Source: a virus (Duplodnaviria > Caudoviricetes). Taken from it: a stretch of DNA of 26,810 nucleotides. Numbering within the stretch: position 1 is the first letter of the stretch; each line of letters begins with the position of its first letter. Below the pieces are notes generated by a model, which saw nothing but the letters and a program-made list of their open reading frames with translations, ran no database searches and was not told the origin of the DNA. A program made the translations under genes and the position numbers. Positions 16,731-26,286 of this stretch are shown in pieces. The DNA is taken from IMG/VR virus record IMGVR_UViG_3300029183_000037, positions 1-26,810 of that record, one strand, 5' to 3'.

Positions 16731-17755
16731 TGGCACTCACTCCAGCGGGGGGAATTAAAGCTCTCCGAAAATTGCAATTAGGCGTTGAATCTACACCAGG
16801 GACGGCAGTAGCATCTACTGTTATTTGGCGTGGTATGGGAATGCTTACCGATAATCAAGAGGTCAAACACGTTGACGAAGAAGTCGGCATTGCTTTGCCG
16901 ACCACTCGCGCTTATATTCCAAAATTAGCAGCAGGTATTAAATTTGATCCTGTTGAAGTCACGCCTCAATATATTCTTTATATTCTTGAAGGCGGTGTAG
17001 CTGCTGAATCGGCTACACAAGATGGCACAGGCTCAGGCTACATTTATGCCTATGCTTTTCCTGGCACAAGTCTAGGAACACTCAACACCTATACTATTGA
17101 GGGTGGCAACAACCAGAAAGCCTACGAGGTTGAATATTGCTTTGTTGAGCGGTTCAAAATCTCAGGCAATCAGGGCGAAGGATTAATGATGGAAGCCGAT
17201 TGGATTGGTCGGCAAAAAACGGATACCACTTTCACAGGTTCGCAAACCACCAATGCGCTAGTACCTGGCGACCATTTGCCATTTGGCGCAGGGGCTTTTT
17301 ATCTTGATGCAGTCGGTGGCACGATTGGCGGCACGGCGGTAACCGGTCAACTTTTGAGCTTTGAATTAGATGTGCAAACAGGTTGGATGCCAGTGTGGAC
17401 GGAACAATATAAATATTTTGATTATGTGCAATGGGTACGCAATAACTTTAGTGCAACATTGAAACTAGTCTATAAACATCATACCGTTGCTGATGCTCAA
17501 GAAGATTTATTTGATGCAGCTACGCCGCGATTAGTTCGTTTGCAGTTTGATGGTCACGCAGTGAGTGATAACACTGGAGCAACATATAATAATGTCATGC
17601 TCCAGATTAATGCCGCTGGTATTTATACTGAATTTGTGCCTAATGATGTTGATGGTAACGATGTCCGCGAAGCTACAATGCAAATTGGGCATGATTTAAC
17701 AGCTACGCAAGGTTTAGATTTTGTAGTAGTTAATGAGTTGAGTGCGTTAAGCTAA
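16730..17755 (+). CDS. Major tail (tube) protein
   Basis: KLQLGVESTPGTAV N-terminus typical of tail tubes; AAGGAG RBS; upstream of the chaperone and TMP. Confidence 0.8.
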   Translation: MALTPAGGIKALRKLQLGVESTPGTAVASTVIWRGMGMLTDNQEVKHVDEEVGIALPTTRAYIPKLAAGIKFDPVEVTPQYILYILEGGVAAESATQDGTGSGYIYAYAFPGTSLGTLNTYTIEGGNNQKAYEVEYCFVERFKISGNQGEGLMMEADWIGRQKTDTTFTGSQTTNALVPGDHLPFGAGAFYLDAVGGTIGGTAVTGQLLSFELDVQTGWMPVWTEQYKYFDYVQWVRNNFSATLKLVYKHHTVADAQEDLFDAATPRLVRLQFDGHAVSDNTGATYNNVMLQINAAGIYTEFVPNDVDGNDVREATMQIGHDLTATQGLDFVVVNELSALS

Positions 17756-17931
17756 TGAAAAAACAATTAAACCAGTCAAATAATAAAAAAAAATATTTAA
17801 AAGAAAGAAAAGAATTAATACAACAGTATTTGAAGTTGGGGTTTGAGAATCTAACCGAACAGCAAGTTACCCAATTTGAAAATGAGAAAAAAACATTAAT
17901 GCAAAAATATGGTATTAAAAATGGAACATAA
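17755..17931 (+). CDS. 58-aa AT-rich, Lys-rich hypothetical protein (not in ORF track)
   Basis: MKKQLNQSNNKKKYLKERKELIQQYLKLGF...; TAATG-coupled to the tail tube gene. Confidence 0.45.
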   Translation: MKKQLNQSNNKKKYLKERKELIQQYLKLGFENLTEQQVTQFENEKKTLMQKYGIKNGT

Positions 17932-18289
17932 GTTAGCAACAAACAACACAGCACCTACAAGGCAATTTGTAGACAATCGTGTACGAATTGAGGTAGACCC
18001 TGAACGAGTCGAGGCATGGGAATTGATGGCTGTTGAATCTTCAAAACTAACTGATATTATGTTAGTTCTTTGTCGTTATTTGGCAAATGGTCATGGCCTT
18101 GTAGGGTGTGATTGGCCTACTGATGATGAGAATAGAGATATTCCCCTGAATTCATTATCTCGTGCTGAGTTGTCACAAATTCAGCACTCCAAAGCATTTG
18201 GTTTGATTCAGCGATTTAAGCCAAATGACATAAAGAATGCGGCTCAAGAATTTGCGCAGGGGGCATTGGCGGACATTGACCCAAACTAA
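17921..18289 (+). CDS. Tail assembly chaperone (gpG-like)
   Basis: Lies between tube and TMP and ends in slippery C-CCA-AAC-TAA. The start is 17921 or 17909. Confidence 0.7.
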   Translation: MEHKLATNNTAPTRQFVDNRVRIEVDPERVEAWELMAVESSKLTDIMLVLCRYLANGHGLVGCDWPTDDENRDIPLNSLSRAELSQIQHSKAFGLIQRFKPNDIKNAAQEFAQGALADIDPN

Positions 18290-18528
18290 AAGGGCGACTA
18301 AATGAATTATTCCGATATGGTTCAGTTGAGGGTCATATACCGTATTGGGTGAATGTTCTGATAGTCGCTGATAATTGGAAAACTCCCCCCTGGCAAATTG
18401 CATCAGAATTAAATTATACGATTCGCTATTGGGTGCAGTTGGAACGGCAATTAAGGAATATTAGAATTGCTGCTGATAACCATCGAGCAGAACGGAAAAA
18501 GTGGGAAGCAAAACAAGAGCATAGATAA
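18280..18528 (+). CDS. -1 frameshift extension of the tail chaperone (gpGT-like)
   Basis: Heptamer CCCAAAC at 18280-18286. The -1 frame stays open for 82 codons (...VADNWKTPPWQIA...) with no ATG and stops at TAA 18526-18528, overlapping the TMP ATG. Confidence 0.8.
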   Translation, partial: PKLKGRLNELFRYGSVEGHIPYWVNVLIVADNWKTPPWQIASELNYTIRYWVQLERQLRNIRIAADNHRAERKKWEAKQEHR

Positions 18529-20678
18529 TGGCAGACACAACACTAACAGTCATATTTAAGGGTCGCGACCAGTCCGCAAGCAGTACGGCATCTTCTGTCA
18601 GCCGTGCTTTTTCTAATTTAGGTGGTGTAGTTAAAGCGGGTGCTTTGGCCGGTGTGGCTGGATTGGCTACTCTTGGAGTTGGCATTGTTGGCTTGGGCAG
18701 TAAATTGGTCGGTTTAGGCAGTGATGCACAAGAAATGATCGGCAAATTTAATGTTGTATTTGCTAATACAGGTGAGCAAGTCACAGAGCAATTAGATGCT
18801 TTTGCTGAAAGTGTCGGCCGCTCCCGATTTGAATTAATGGGGATGGCATCTACATTTGGCGATACGCTCAAGCCAATGGGATTCACAGAAGAAGCAGCCG
18901 CTGATATGTCAGTTGAATTAACTCAATTAGCAACTGATTTGTCCTCATTTAATAATATGTCGATGGACGAAGCACTCCAACGACTACAAGGCACACTAAT
19001 TGGGTCACACGAGAATGCACTCGCATTTGGAGTTATCATAAATGAAAATACCCTTGCGGCAGAATTGGCGCGTAATGGTTGGGACAATTTAACAGGTTCA
19101 GCATTAGAACAAGCAAAAGTTCAAGCAAGAATCAATCTATTAATTGCTGGCACGACCGACGCGCAAGGCGATGCGGCCAGGACGAGCGGTTCATGGGCGA
19201 ATCAAATGAGAGCATTAAAAGGTCGATTGACTGATGTTGGAACTGAAATAGGATTAAAACTATTACCAGTTGTTACACCATTCCTAAATAAAATTGGACA
19301 ATTGGCTGGCGAGTTAGGTAATAAAGTTATTGGATTTTTTGAGAAAATACAAGTTCCGCTTTCATTTTTTTCTGATGCTCTTGAAGATTTATTAGCTGGT
19401 GATTTTGTTGGATTTTTTACCAATTTACAAGTCGCTGTGTTTGGGCTATTTCAGGAATTTGGAGCAAGCCAATCAACCCTACAAGGCATTCGTGATTTTT
19501 TTGGCGGCATTTTGTTAGATTTGCAAAACGGGGCTACACCAATTGAAGCATTCAAAAATGCTATATTAGGACTAATACCTCAAGAAGTAATTGATAAGGC
19601 GATTGCGATTAAAGATGCTATTATTGATTTTGTTACACCTATTGTTAATTTTGTTGATGAACATTCAGAAACGATAAAAAATACTTTTATTGCCATTGGC
19701 GCAGCTTTGGCAACTGCGGCAATAGCAGGAAAAATTGCTGCTATTGCTACAGCTATTGGCACTCTTGTAACAGGTTTTCAAGCGGCTGTAGCGGCCAGTG
19801 GATTATTTTCGGCAGGGCTAGCGGCAATAGGCGGGCCGATAACTTTAATTATCGGAGCTGTTGCCTTGCTTGCAATTGCATGGAATGAGAATTGGGGGGA
19901 CATACAAGGAAAAACAGCAGAAGTTTTATTATGGTTTAATGCAGAAGTTCTTCCAACTTGGAAAGGTAATGCCGATAATATGCGGGCGATTTGGGATATT
20001 GCTAGCACTCGCATATCTGAATTATGGAAAAACTTACAATTGACGATTGATGTTTTTGTGCAATGGTGGGATGTAAATGTTGTTCAAGTGTGGGAAGGTA
20101 ATGTGGATAATATGTCGGTTGCTTGGGGGATTGCAAAAGAAAATATCGCTGAGTTATGGAATGGATTACAACTGACAATTGAATCATTTATTAATTGGTG
20201 GGGGACAAATGTTGTCACTGTTTGGGCGGGGAATGTAAGCAACATGGCATCAGCTTGGGAAACCGCAAAAGGAAATTTGACAGGTGCATGGAATAGTTTT
20301 AAGGAAACGGTTGAAGCGGCATGGGGAGCAATACAACCTATATTTGAAGCAATCGAAGCTTTTGCCGCTTGGGTTAATAGCACAACCCTATCATTAGATA
20401 TTCAGATTCCAGAATTGCCGGACTGGGCAACACCTGACTCGCCTCTTCCTATTCATACAGCATGGAAAAATTTCGGTGAGTATCTTGGCGGTCAAAATTT
20501 TGTACCAAAAGTTGATATGAGCCAGGCGCAGCCGTTGTTAGCTCCAGTCTCAGGAGCAAGCACCAGCAATTCAACAGTTATTAATGATAGCCGACAAACT
20601 GTTTTTAATGTCAACACTCCTCAATTTAATGCTGGACAGGAAAATAGAATTCAGATTGCTATAAAAGGCGGTATTTAA
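18528..20678 (+). CDS. Tape measure protein
   Basis: 716 aa, Ala/Gly-rich helical; GRDQSAS N-terminus, LATDLSSFNN, Trp-periodic repeats, hydrophobic central segment. Confidence 0.92.
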   Translation: MADTTLTVIFKGRDQSASSTASSVSRAFSNLGGVVKAGALAGVAGLATLGVGIVGLGSKLVGLGSDAQEMIGKFNVVFANTGEQVTEQLDAFAESVGRSRFELMGMASTFGDTLKPMGFTEEAAADMSVELTQLATDLSSFNNMSMDEALQRLQGTLIGSHENALAFGVIINENTLAAELARNGWDNLTGSALEQAKVQARINLLIAGTTDAQGDAARTSGSWANQMRALKGRLTDVGTEIGLKLLPVVTPFLNKIGQLAGELGNKVIGFFEKIQVPLSFFSDALEDLLAGDFVGFFTNLQVAVFGLFQEFGASQSTLQGIRDFFGGILLDLQNGATPIEAFKNAILGLIPQEVIDKAIAIKDAIIDFVTPIVNFVDEHSETIKNTFIAIGAALATAAIAGKIAAIATAIGTLVTGFQAAVAASGLFSAGLAAIGGPITLIIGAVALLAIAWNENWGDIQGKTAEVLLWFNAEVLPTWKGNADNMRAIWDIASTRISELWKNLQLTIDVFVQWWDVNVVQVWEGNVDNMSVAWGIAKENIAELWNGLQLTIESFINWWGTNVVTVWAGNVSNMASAWETAKGNLTGAWNSFKETVEAAWGAIQPIFEAIEAFAAWVNSTTLSLDIQIPELPDWATPDSPLPIHTAWKNFGEYLGGQNFVPKVDMSQAQPLLAPVSGASTSNSTVINDSRQTVFNVNTPQFNAGQENRIQIAIKGGI

Positions 20679-20680
20679 TA

Positions 20681-22606
20681 ATGGCGGGACTATGGGAAAT
20701 AGATGTAGATGGAGTATCAAAAGATTTTGACGATGATTTGTATTTTACAGTCAGTCGTCATTTTGGGACAGGTATGCCGCCGATGCGTGTTATCACCTCA
20801 CCCCTACCCCTACAAGATGGCGATTTGTTTGAGAAAATAAAATTCTTAGGCCGCCCATTCAAGCTACAAGGCAATTTCAACACGACTACCGACGCGACAT
20901 TGGCAAATTATCATAGTCGCAGACGTGCATTATTAAAAGCTTTTAATGCAAGAGCTGGAACAAAGATAAATCAGAAACCAACGCCGCTTACTATCCGTTA
21001 TACAGGTAGTGCGGCTGATGTAGAAATTGAAGCATTTTACACTGGAGGTAAATTAGAAGATGGGCAGAATGGAAGCTTCGGCCAAGAAGATGTTAATATT
21101 GATTTTTATGCCACTAATCCCTTTTTTTTCACCACGTCTGAGTCAAATCCGAGCTTAGACGTAAATGATACGGACACTTTTAATTATGTGGGGGGGAGAG
21201 AAGATGGTCTATGGTCAGATTTAGGCGCACCTGCTTTCACCGATCCTAGTCTGGGGATTGTTATTAATGCTATTGCTGTTAGGCCGTCTAATGGTGATAT
21301 ATATTTTGGTGGCGAATTTCTGAATGCTGATGGTGATGCCAATGGCGATTATATTGTTTATTATGATATATCAGAAAGTGCATGGGTATCTCCTGCCGCA
21401 ATGGTTCTAAATGGCATTGTTAGAGGATTAGTTTTTGATGCTAATGATGATTTAATCGCTGTAGGTGATTTTACTAATGCTGGCGGTGTGACCGCTGCTG
21501 ATTATATTGCCAAATGGAATCATACAGCATGGGCGGCAATTGGCGATCCTAATTCTGGTGGAGCATCTATTACTCAAGTTAATTGTGTTGCTGTCGGGCA
21601 AAATGGGATTATTTATGTTGGTGGCTCTTTTTCTGATATGGAAGGGGATGCTGGCGCAGATGATATAGCTCAATTTGATGGTACAAATTGGGTTGATATG
21701 GACTCTGGCGTAACTGGTTCGGGAACTGTAAGAGACTTGGCATATTCGCAATCATTGAATAAAGTCTATGCTGTAGGTAATTTTACTAATATGGGGGGTG
21801 TTGCTGCGGCTGATAATATTGCTGTTTGGGATGTTAATGATGGTTCATGGACAGCAATAGGAAGCAACTATCCTGGCGGGGGGTCAAGTATTGCCATTGC
21901 TTCAAATGGTGATTTGTATGTGGGTGGCACAACGACCGATAAAATTTCTTATTTTAATGGTGTGCAATGGTCAGCAGTTGGAACAATTTCAGGTGGAACG
22001 ATTTTAGATATTGCTTTTGATTCACGGGGAGATTTATGGGCAGTTTCATCTGGGTCTACATTTGATAATTTAGATACAATTGGAATTGCTCGCTGGAATG
22101 GTTCAGGATGGTATTATGCTGATATTTATCTATCTAATGCTGGCGCAACGGTCATTGTTGTTGATGATAGTGATAATGTTTGGTTAGGACTAGATAATGA
22201 ATCTGTATCTTATGCTGGTTCGACAACTGTATCTTATGCTGGTTCAGCAAGAACATATCCACGTATAGAAATATCTCGTTCTGGTGGCACATCTGCACAA
22301 TTGGTGCAAATAGAAAATTACACCACAGGGGCAAGATTGACATTTAATTATACTTTTCTTGATGGTGAAACACTTACTATTCAATTTAATCCACGTGCCA
22401 CTAATGGTATTAGTGTGGTTAGTTCTCATTTTGGAAAAGTGCCCAACGCCATTTTGCCAGGTAGTGATTTTGGGCAATTCTTTTTAACTGGCGATCAAGC
22501 AAGTGGCAATAATGACAATGTAATAACCGCTTTTGTTTATCAAGTTGGTTCACCAACAATGACAGCCACACTTTATTATAAAGCGGCTTATCTCAGCATT
22601 GACTAA
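20681..22606 (+). CDS. Distal tail protein (Dit-like) with inserted beta-propeller domain
   Basis: Follows the TMP. Dit-like N-part (...FYATNPFF) and C-part (TYPRIEI...IENYTTG...LDGETLTI) flank repeated IYxGGxF...IAxWD/N...W blades. Confidence 0.72.
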   Translation: MAGLWEIDVDGVSKDFDDDLYFTVSRHFGTGMPPMRVITSPLPLQDGDLFEKIKFLGRPFKLQGNFNTTTDATLANYHSRRRALLKAFNARAGTKINQKPTPLTIRYTGSAADVEIEAFYTGGKLEDGQNGSFGQEDVNIDFYATNPFFFTTSESNPSLDVNDTDTFNYVGGREDGLWSDLGAPAFTDPSLGIVINAIAVRPSNGDIYFGGEFLNADGDANGDYIVYYDISESAWVSPAAMVLNGIVRGLVFDANDDLIAVGDFTNAGGVTAADYIAKWNHTAWAAIGDPNSGGASITQVNCVAVGQNGIIYVGGSFSDMEGDAGADDIAQFDGTNWVDMDSGVTGSGTVRDLAYSQSLNKVYAVGNFTNMGGVAAADNIAVWDVNDGSWTAIGSNYPGGGSSIAIASNGDLYVGGTTTDKISYFNGVQWSAVGTISGGTILDIAFDSRGDLWAVSSGSTFDNLDTIGIARWNGSGWYYADIYLSNAGATVIVVDDSDNVWLGLDNESVSYAGSTTVSYAGSARTYPRIEISRSGGTSAQLVQIENYTTGARLTFNYTFLDGETLTIQFNPRATNGISVVSSHFGKVPNAILPGSDFGQFFLTGDQASGNNDNVITAFVYQVGSPTMTATLYYKAAYLSID

Positions 22607-23730
22607 TGGCTAATTACGAATTTTGGTATTGTGATGAGTCGGGAAATCGGCTTGAGTATATAAGCCTTGTAGGGGGGGTGGAATTCGTCCACGTACAAGG
22701 CGATGTCGGTGCGGCTATATTTGATTTCCCAATTCTGAATTTAATCCATGAGGAAATCAGACCAGAGCGACGCATACATATCTACCGTCAACCAATTGGC
22801 GGCGCGTTAACTTTGGAGTTTGTTTGTTTCCTGAACATCTGGACATTCTACAATCAATTTGATGGACGCGAAGCCCTAACCCTACAAGGCGACGATCAAA
22901 ACAATCTTCTCACTCGTCGTGTAGTTGCCTACCATACTGAATCTGCTGAAGCTAAAAAATCAGAAGCGGCTGACGATATGATGTACAATATCGTCGATGA
23001 AAACATGGGCAGTAGCGCGGGTGATTACGCTGGCTCGAACACTAACCGTGATATGACAGGTAATAATTTTAGTATTAAAACATCGCCAGGGAACGGGCCA
23101 ACTGTCAATCAGTCGATAGCATGGCGACCAGTCCTCGAGACATTACAAGATATTCAAGCCATAACTAAATCACAATCAAATGAAGTATTTTTTGGATGCC
23201 GTCCTATTTCTGATACTAAAATAGAATTTGAGGTAAAAACAGGACAATGGGGCAATGACCGAACACAATCAACAGGCACAGACCCTATTATTTTTAGCAT
23301 GGAAAACGGTAATCTTGTGCAACCATCCCTCACACACGATTATTCTAATGTTGAAAATTATGTATATGGCAAGGGTGAAGGCAGGCAATCTGATACTGAA
23401 ATATCAGAAAAAAGTAATGCGTCACGAATAGGATTATCAGCATGGGGAAGAAAAGAAAAACTATCAAATGCTACACTCAGCTATGATGTTGCTGATGAAA
23501 CGGCGGACGATGACCTGGCTAGAGGCAGACCAAAAATAACCCTACAAGGCGATCTCCTATCTACACCCCAGGCCCCATACGGCGGATTGATTGGATGGAA
23601 ATTAGGCGACAGGGTAACTATCAATTATGCAAATCGCCAATTTGATAGCGTCATTCGTTCAGTTCGCATTAAACTAGATGCCGATGGTCGAGAAACTATC
23701 ACTAGCCGTATTGAGGATTTAGCAGCATGA
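22606..23730 (+). CDS. Tail tip/hub protein (siphovirus Gp37-like)
   Basis: IIFSMENGNL...NYVYGKGEG...WGRKE...WKLGDRVTI pattern; follows Dit. Confidence 0.72.
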   Translation: MANYEFWYCDESGNRLEYISLVGGVEFVHVQGDVGAAIFDFPILNLIHEEIRPERRIHIYRQPIGGALTLEFVCFLNIWTFYNQFDGREALTLQGDDQNNLLTRRVVAYHTESAEAKKSEAADDMMYNIVDENMGSSAGDYAGSNTNRDMTGNNFSIKTSPGNGPTVNQSIAWRPVLETLQDIQAITKSQSNEVFFGCRPISDTKIEFEVKTGQWGNDRTQSTGTDPIIFSMENGNLVQPSLTHDYSNVENYVYGKGEGRQSDTEISEKSNASRIGLSAWGRKEKLSNATLSYDVADETADDDLARGRPKITLQGDLLSTPQAPYGGLIGWKLGDRVTINYANRQFDSVIRSVRIKLDADGRETITSRIEDLAA

Positions 23731-24212
23731 GAGATGATACAAGAAAGCAATTAAATAAATTATTGACACGTGATTATGTGAATCATTTGGGGGCACGTGT
23801 TTATCGTTCATCTGCTCAATCAATTACCAGTGGGTCTAATAATACAGTTACATTCAATAGCGAGAGATATGATAGAGGCGGCTTTCATTCGCTTATATCT
23901 AATACTGGACGATTAACTGTTCCAACTGGAGCAAACGGATTATATTTAATCGGCGCATCAATTGCATGGGCATCTAATGTAAACGGGAATCGTCAATTAG
24001 CAATTGGCCTAAATGGTACATCTACGTTGATCTGTGCCCTGCGGTTTTCAGCTACAGCGCTTGATACTCGTGCCCAAACTGTTAATTGTGTTTACGATTT
24101 AGTAGCAGGCGATTATGTTATATGTCTGGTTTACCAGAACACAGGCGGCAATTTAAATGTCAATTCATCCAATAATTACTCGCCTGAATTTTGGATTCAA
24201 AAAGTCGGTTAA
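23727..24212 (+). CDS. C1q/TNF-like domain tail protein, candidate receptor-binding protein
   Basis: ARVYRSSAQSI...VTFNSERYD...GRLTVP...GLYLI...LVAGDYVICLVYQ. Confidence 0.7.
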   Translation: MRDDTRKQLNKLLTRDYVNHLGARVYRSSAQSITSGSNNTVTFNSERYDRGGFHSLISNTGRLTVPTGANGLYLIGASIAWASNVNGNRQLAIGLNGTSTLICALRFSATALDTRAQTVNCVYDLVAGDYVICLVYQNTGGNLNVNSSNNYSPEFWIQKVG

Positions 24213-24248
24213 AGAGCCATCTCCTTTATATCCCCTAAGATAAAATCA

Positions 24249-24292
24249 AATTGAATATTTTAAGGTTCACGCCTTGTAAGGTGTGTTATATT
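24249..24292 (+). promoter_or_regulatory. Second copy of the 21-bp element + 17 bp + extended -10 (TGT-TATATT)
   Basis: AATTGAATATTTTAAGGTTCA 24249-24269 and TATATT 24287-24292; heads the post-tail gene block. Confidence 0.7.
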
Positions 24293-24299
24293 CGTATAT

Positions 24300-24313
24300 A
24301 CTATACGTATAGT
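24300..24313. promoter_or_regulatory. 14-bp perfect palindrome ACTATACGTATAGT, operator candidate
   Basis: Lies at the predicted transcription start and overlaps a second dyad CGTATA-TAC-TATACG (24293-24307). Confidence 0.5.
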
Positions 24314-24341
24314 TTAATGTTGGCTATGAGGAGAATCTATT

Positions 24342-24539
24342 ATGAAAACAGATGAAGAATTGCAACAAGAATCATATTATGTAGCACAGGCTATGACCAT
24401 CTACGGGGGGGCGTTTGCTGAGAATCTTGGGAAAGCTTTGCAATGTGCTGATAGAAATAACATGCGAAAAATATATGAAACATGGACAGACATGTGGGAA
24501 CAATATTTTAATATGAGCAAGCACATACAAGGAGTATGA
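24342..24539 (+). CDS. Hypothetical phage protein (65 aa)
   Basis: GAGGAG RBS; YGGAFAENLGKALQCAD..N...W motif. Confidence 0.75.
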   Translation: MKTDEELQQESYYVAQAMTIYGGAFAENLGKALQCADRNNMRKIYETWTDMWEQYFNMSKHIQGV

Positions 24540-25318
24540 TCATGGAATTAGTAGACGTTATGAAAGAGAAGTTTGGCGAATTTGATAAATTGTCATTGAG
24601 AATTGTAATAAAGTCCATGAATCCGTGTTCAAAGGGGATTGAGTGGTTCGACAAGTACGCGGGGAATGATTGGTTTAGTGATGCAGGTATTGAATTTTTG
24701 TCATGGTTTGCAGCACCTTACTTAAAAGGTGCTAATTTGAGAGGTGCTAATTTATATGATGCTGATTTGAGAGGTGCTGATTTGAGAGGTGCTAATTTAT
24801 ATGATGCTGATTTGAGTGGTGCTGATTTGAGAGGTGCTGATTTGAGAGGTGCTGATTTGAGAGGTGCTGATTTATATGGTGCTGATTTGAGAGGTGCTAA
24901 TTTATATGATGCTGATTTGAGTGGTGCTGATTTGAGAGGTGCTGATTTGAGAGGTGCTAATTTATATGATGCTAATTTATATGGTGCTAATTTGAGTGGT
25001 GCTAATTTGAGTGGTACTAATTTATATAGTGCTAATTTGAGTGGTGCTAATTTGGATGATGCTGATTTGAGTGGTGCTGATTTGAGAGGTGCTAATTTGA
25101 GTGGTGCTGATTTATATGATGCTAATTTATATGGTGCTAATTTGAGTGGTGCTAATTTGAGTGGTGCTAATTTATATAATGCTAATTTATATGGTGTTGA
25201 TTTGAGTGGTGCTAATTTGAGTGGTGCTGATTTGGATAAAGCTTATTTAAATAATATTCAATATGATAGACATACGATTTTCCCTTGCGGATTAGAATTA
25301 GGAGAAAAACATGAATAA
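24536..25318 (+). CDS. Pentapeptide repeat protein
   Basis: 34 x (G/D)A(N/D)L(R/S/Y) units after an N-terminal PCSKGIEWF domain. Confidence 0.92.
   Translation: MIMELVDVMKEKFGEFDKLSLRIVIKSMNPCSKGIEWFDKYAGNDWFSDAGIEFLSWFAAPYLKGANLRGANLYDADLRGADLRGANLYDADLSGADLRGADLRGADLRGADLYGADLRGANLYDADLSGADLRGADLRGANLYDANLYGANLSGANLSGTNLYSANLSGANLDDADLSGADLRGANLSGADLYDANLYGANLSGANLSGANLYNANLYGVDLSGANLSGADLDKAYLNNIQYDRHTIFPCGLELGEKHE
24728..25237 (+). repeat. 15-bp tandem array (34 units) encoding the pentapeptide repeats
   Basis: Units such as GGTGCTGATTTGAGA, GGTGCTAATTTATAT and GATGCTGATTTGAGT. Confidence 0.95.
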
Positions 25319-25469
25319 AGTGAAATTAAATATTACGATTCCACCATTGCTAAAAGCGCAATTGCAAACGGAATCAAAAGAGAAACAGATTTCTATTTCA
25401 GAAATCATTCGTACCCGTCTTTATCAATCATATGAACAAGAAAAGGAGAATCGAACCAATGACAAATAA
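25311..25469 (+). CDS. Ribbon-helix-helix (CopG/Arc-like) DNA-binding protein, 52 aa (not in ORF track)
   Basis: AGGAG RBS; MNKVKLNITIPPLLKAQLQTESKEKQISISEIIRTRL fits the RHH pattern. Confidence 0.72.
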   Translation: MNKVKLNITIPPLLKAQLQTESKEKQISISEIIRTRLYQSYEQEKENRTNDK

Positions 25470-26286
25470 TGATGTATTTTCACCAAAAGTAACCGACGAG
25501 CAAATTGCTGTACCTGATGTATTTTATGGCGAGGTGGTCGTGTTGCGTGGCTATCATGGTATCCGGCTTTATGATTTAGATGAATCTAAAAAGGGATGGC
25601 AGGAATATGATAGCAATGACGAACTGCACAAGCGTGCTATTGCTACCCCTCAGAAAAACGGCAAGCAACGCCGGACGCATATTATTTATGAATTTCAGCA
25701 TTTCCCCATTGGCGCAAAATTCCCAACATATCCTATCCAATCTCCCAACTGGTCAGATGATTTTATCATTTTTGCGAAAAGTTTATGTGATATGCATGGA
25801 CTCGATTCGGCAGTTACCGACCGGTTGCCCAAAGCTGAATGGACTGACCAGCGCATAGAAGACTACAAGGTTTTTATGAATGAATTAAAAAAACTAACTG
25901 ACGGCAATAATTTTTTCAAATATGAAACGCCAGTTATTCGCACTTACAAAAAAGCAGATGGGAAAACCGCTAACGTTCGCGGGATTAAACTACTCGAAAA
26001 ATATGATACACAAGAAACATGCCAAACAGCCTACGAAGCGCAACATAGCAAAATCAAGAATGATGTGCCGGGTTTTGAGCCGGAAACAGTTAATGTCATG
26101 GACAAAACAACAGCACTAGCATTTGTGAAACCATTAGCCGAACAATGTCGGCAAGCTGATAACAAAATCGACCGTGATATGTTAGCGGCAAAAATGGCAG
26201 AATTGCCACCACTCAAAAACCTGTCAATTGATACGCCTGAAGTGGCCGCTATTATTGATGAATTAGAGAAGGACGCACCCTGGTAA
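25459..26286 (+). CDS. Hypothetical protein, possibly DNA replication/recombination related
   Basis: AAGGAG RBS before ATG 25459; acidic C-terminus ending DAPW as in SSB-like tails; adjacent to the nuclease gene. Confidence 0.6.
   Translation: MTNNDVFSPKVTDEQIAVPDVFYGEVVVLRGYHGIRLYDLDESKKGWQEYDSNDELHKRAIATPQKNGKQRRTHIIYEFQHFPIGAKFPTYPIQSPNWSDDFIIFAKSLCDMHGLDSAVTDRLPKAEWTDQRIEDYKVFMNELKKLTDGNNFFKYETPVIRTYKKADGKTANVRGIKLLEKYDTQETCQTAYEAQHSKIKNDVPGFEPETVNVMDKTTALAFVKPLAEQCRQADNKIDRDMLAAKMAELPPLKNLSIDTPEVAAIIDELEKDAPW

Noticed and set aside
20681-24212. Diversity-generating retroelement targeting tail-tip genes
   Set aside because: No reverse transcriptase and no TR/VR pair differing at adenines were seen in this window.
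24728-25237. CRISPR-like or satellite array
   Set aside because: There are no unique spacers; the 15-bp period is the in-frame pentapeptide coding repeat.
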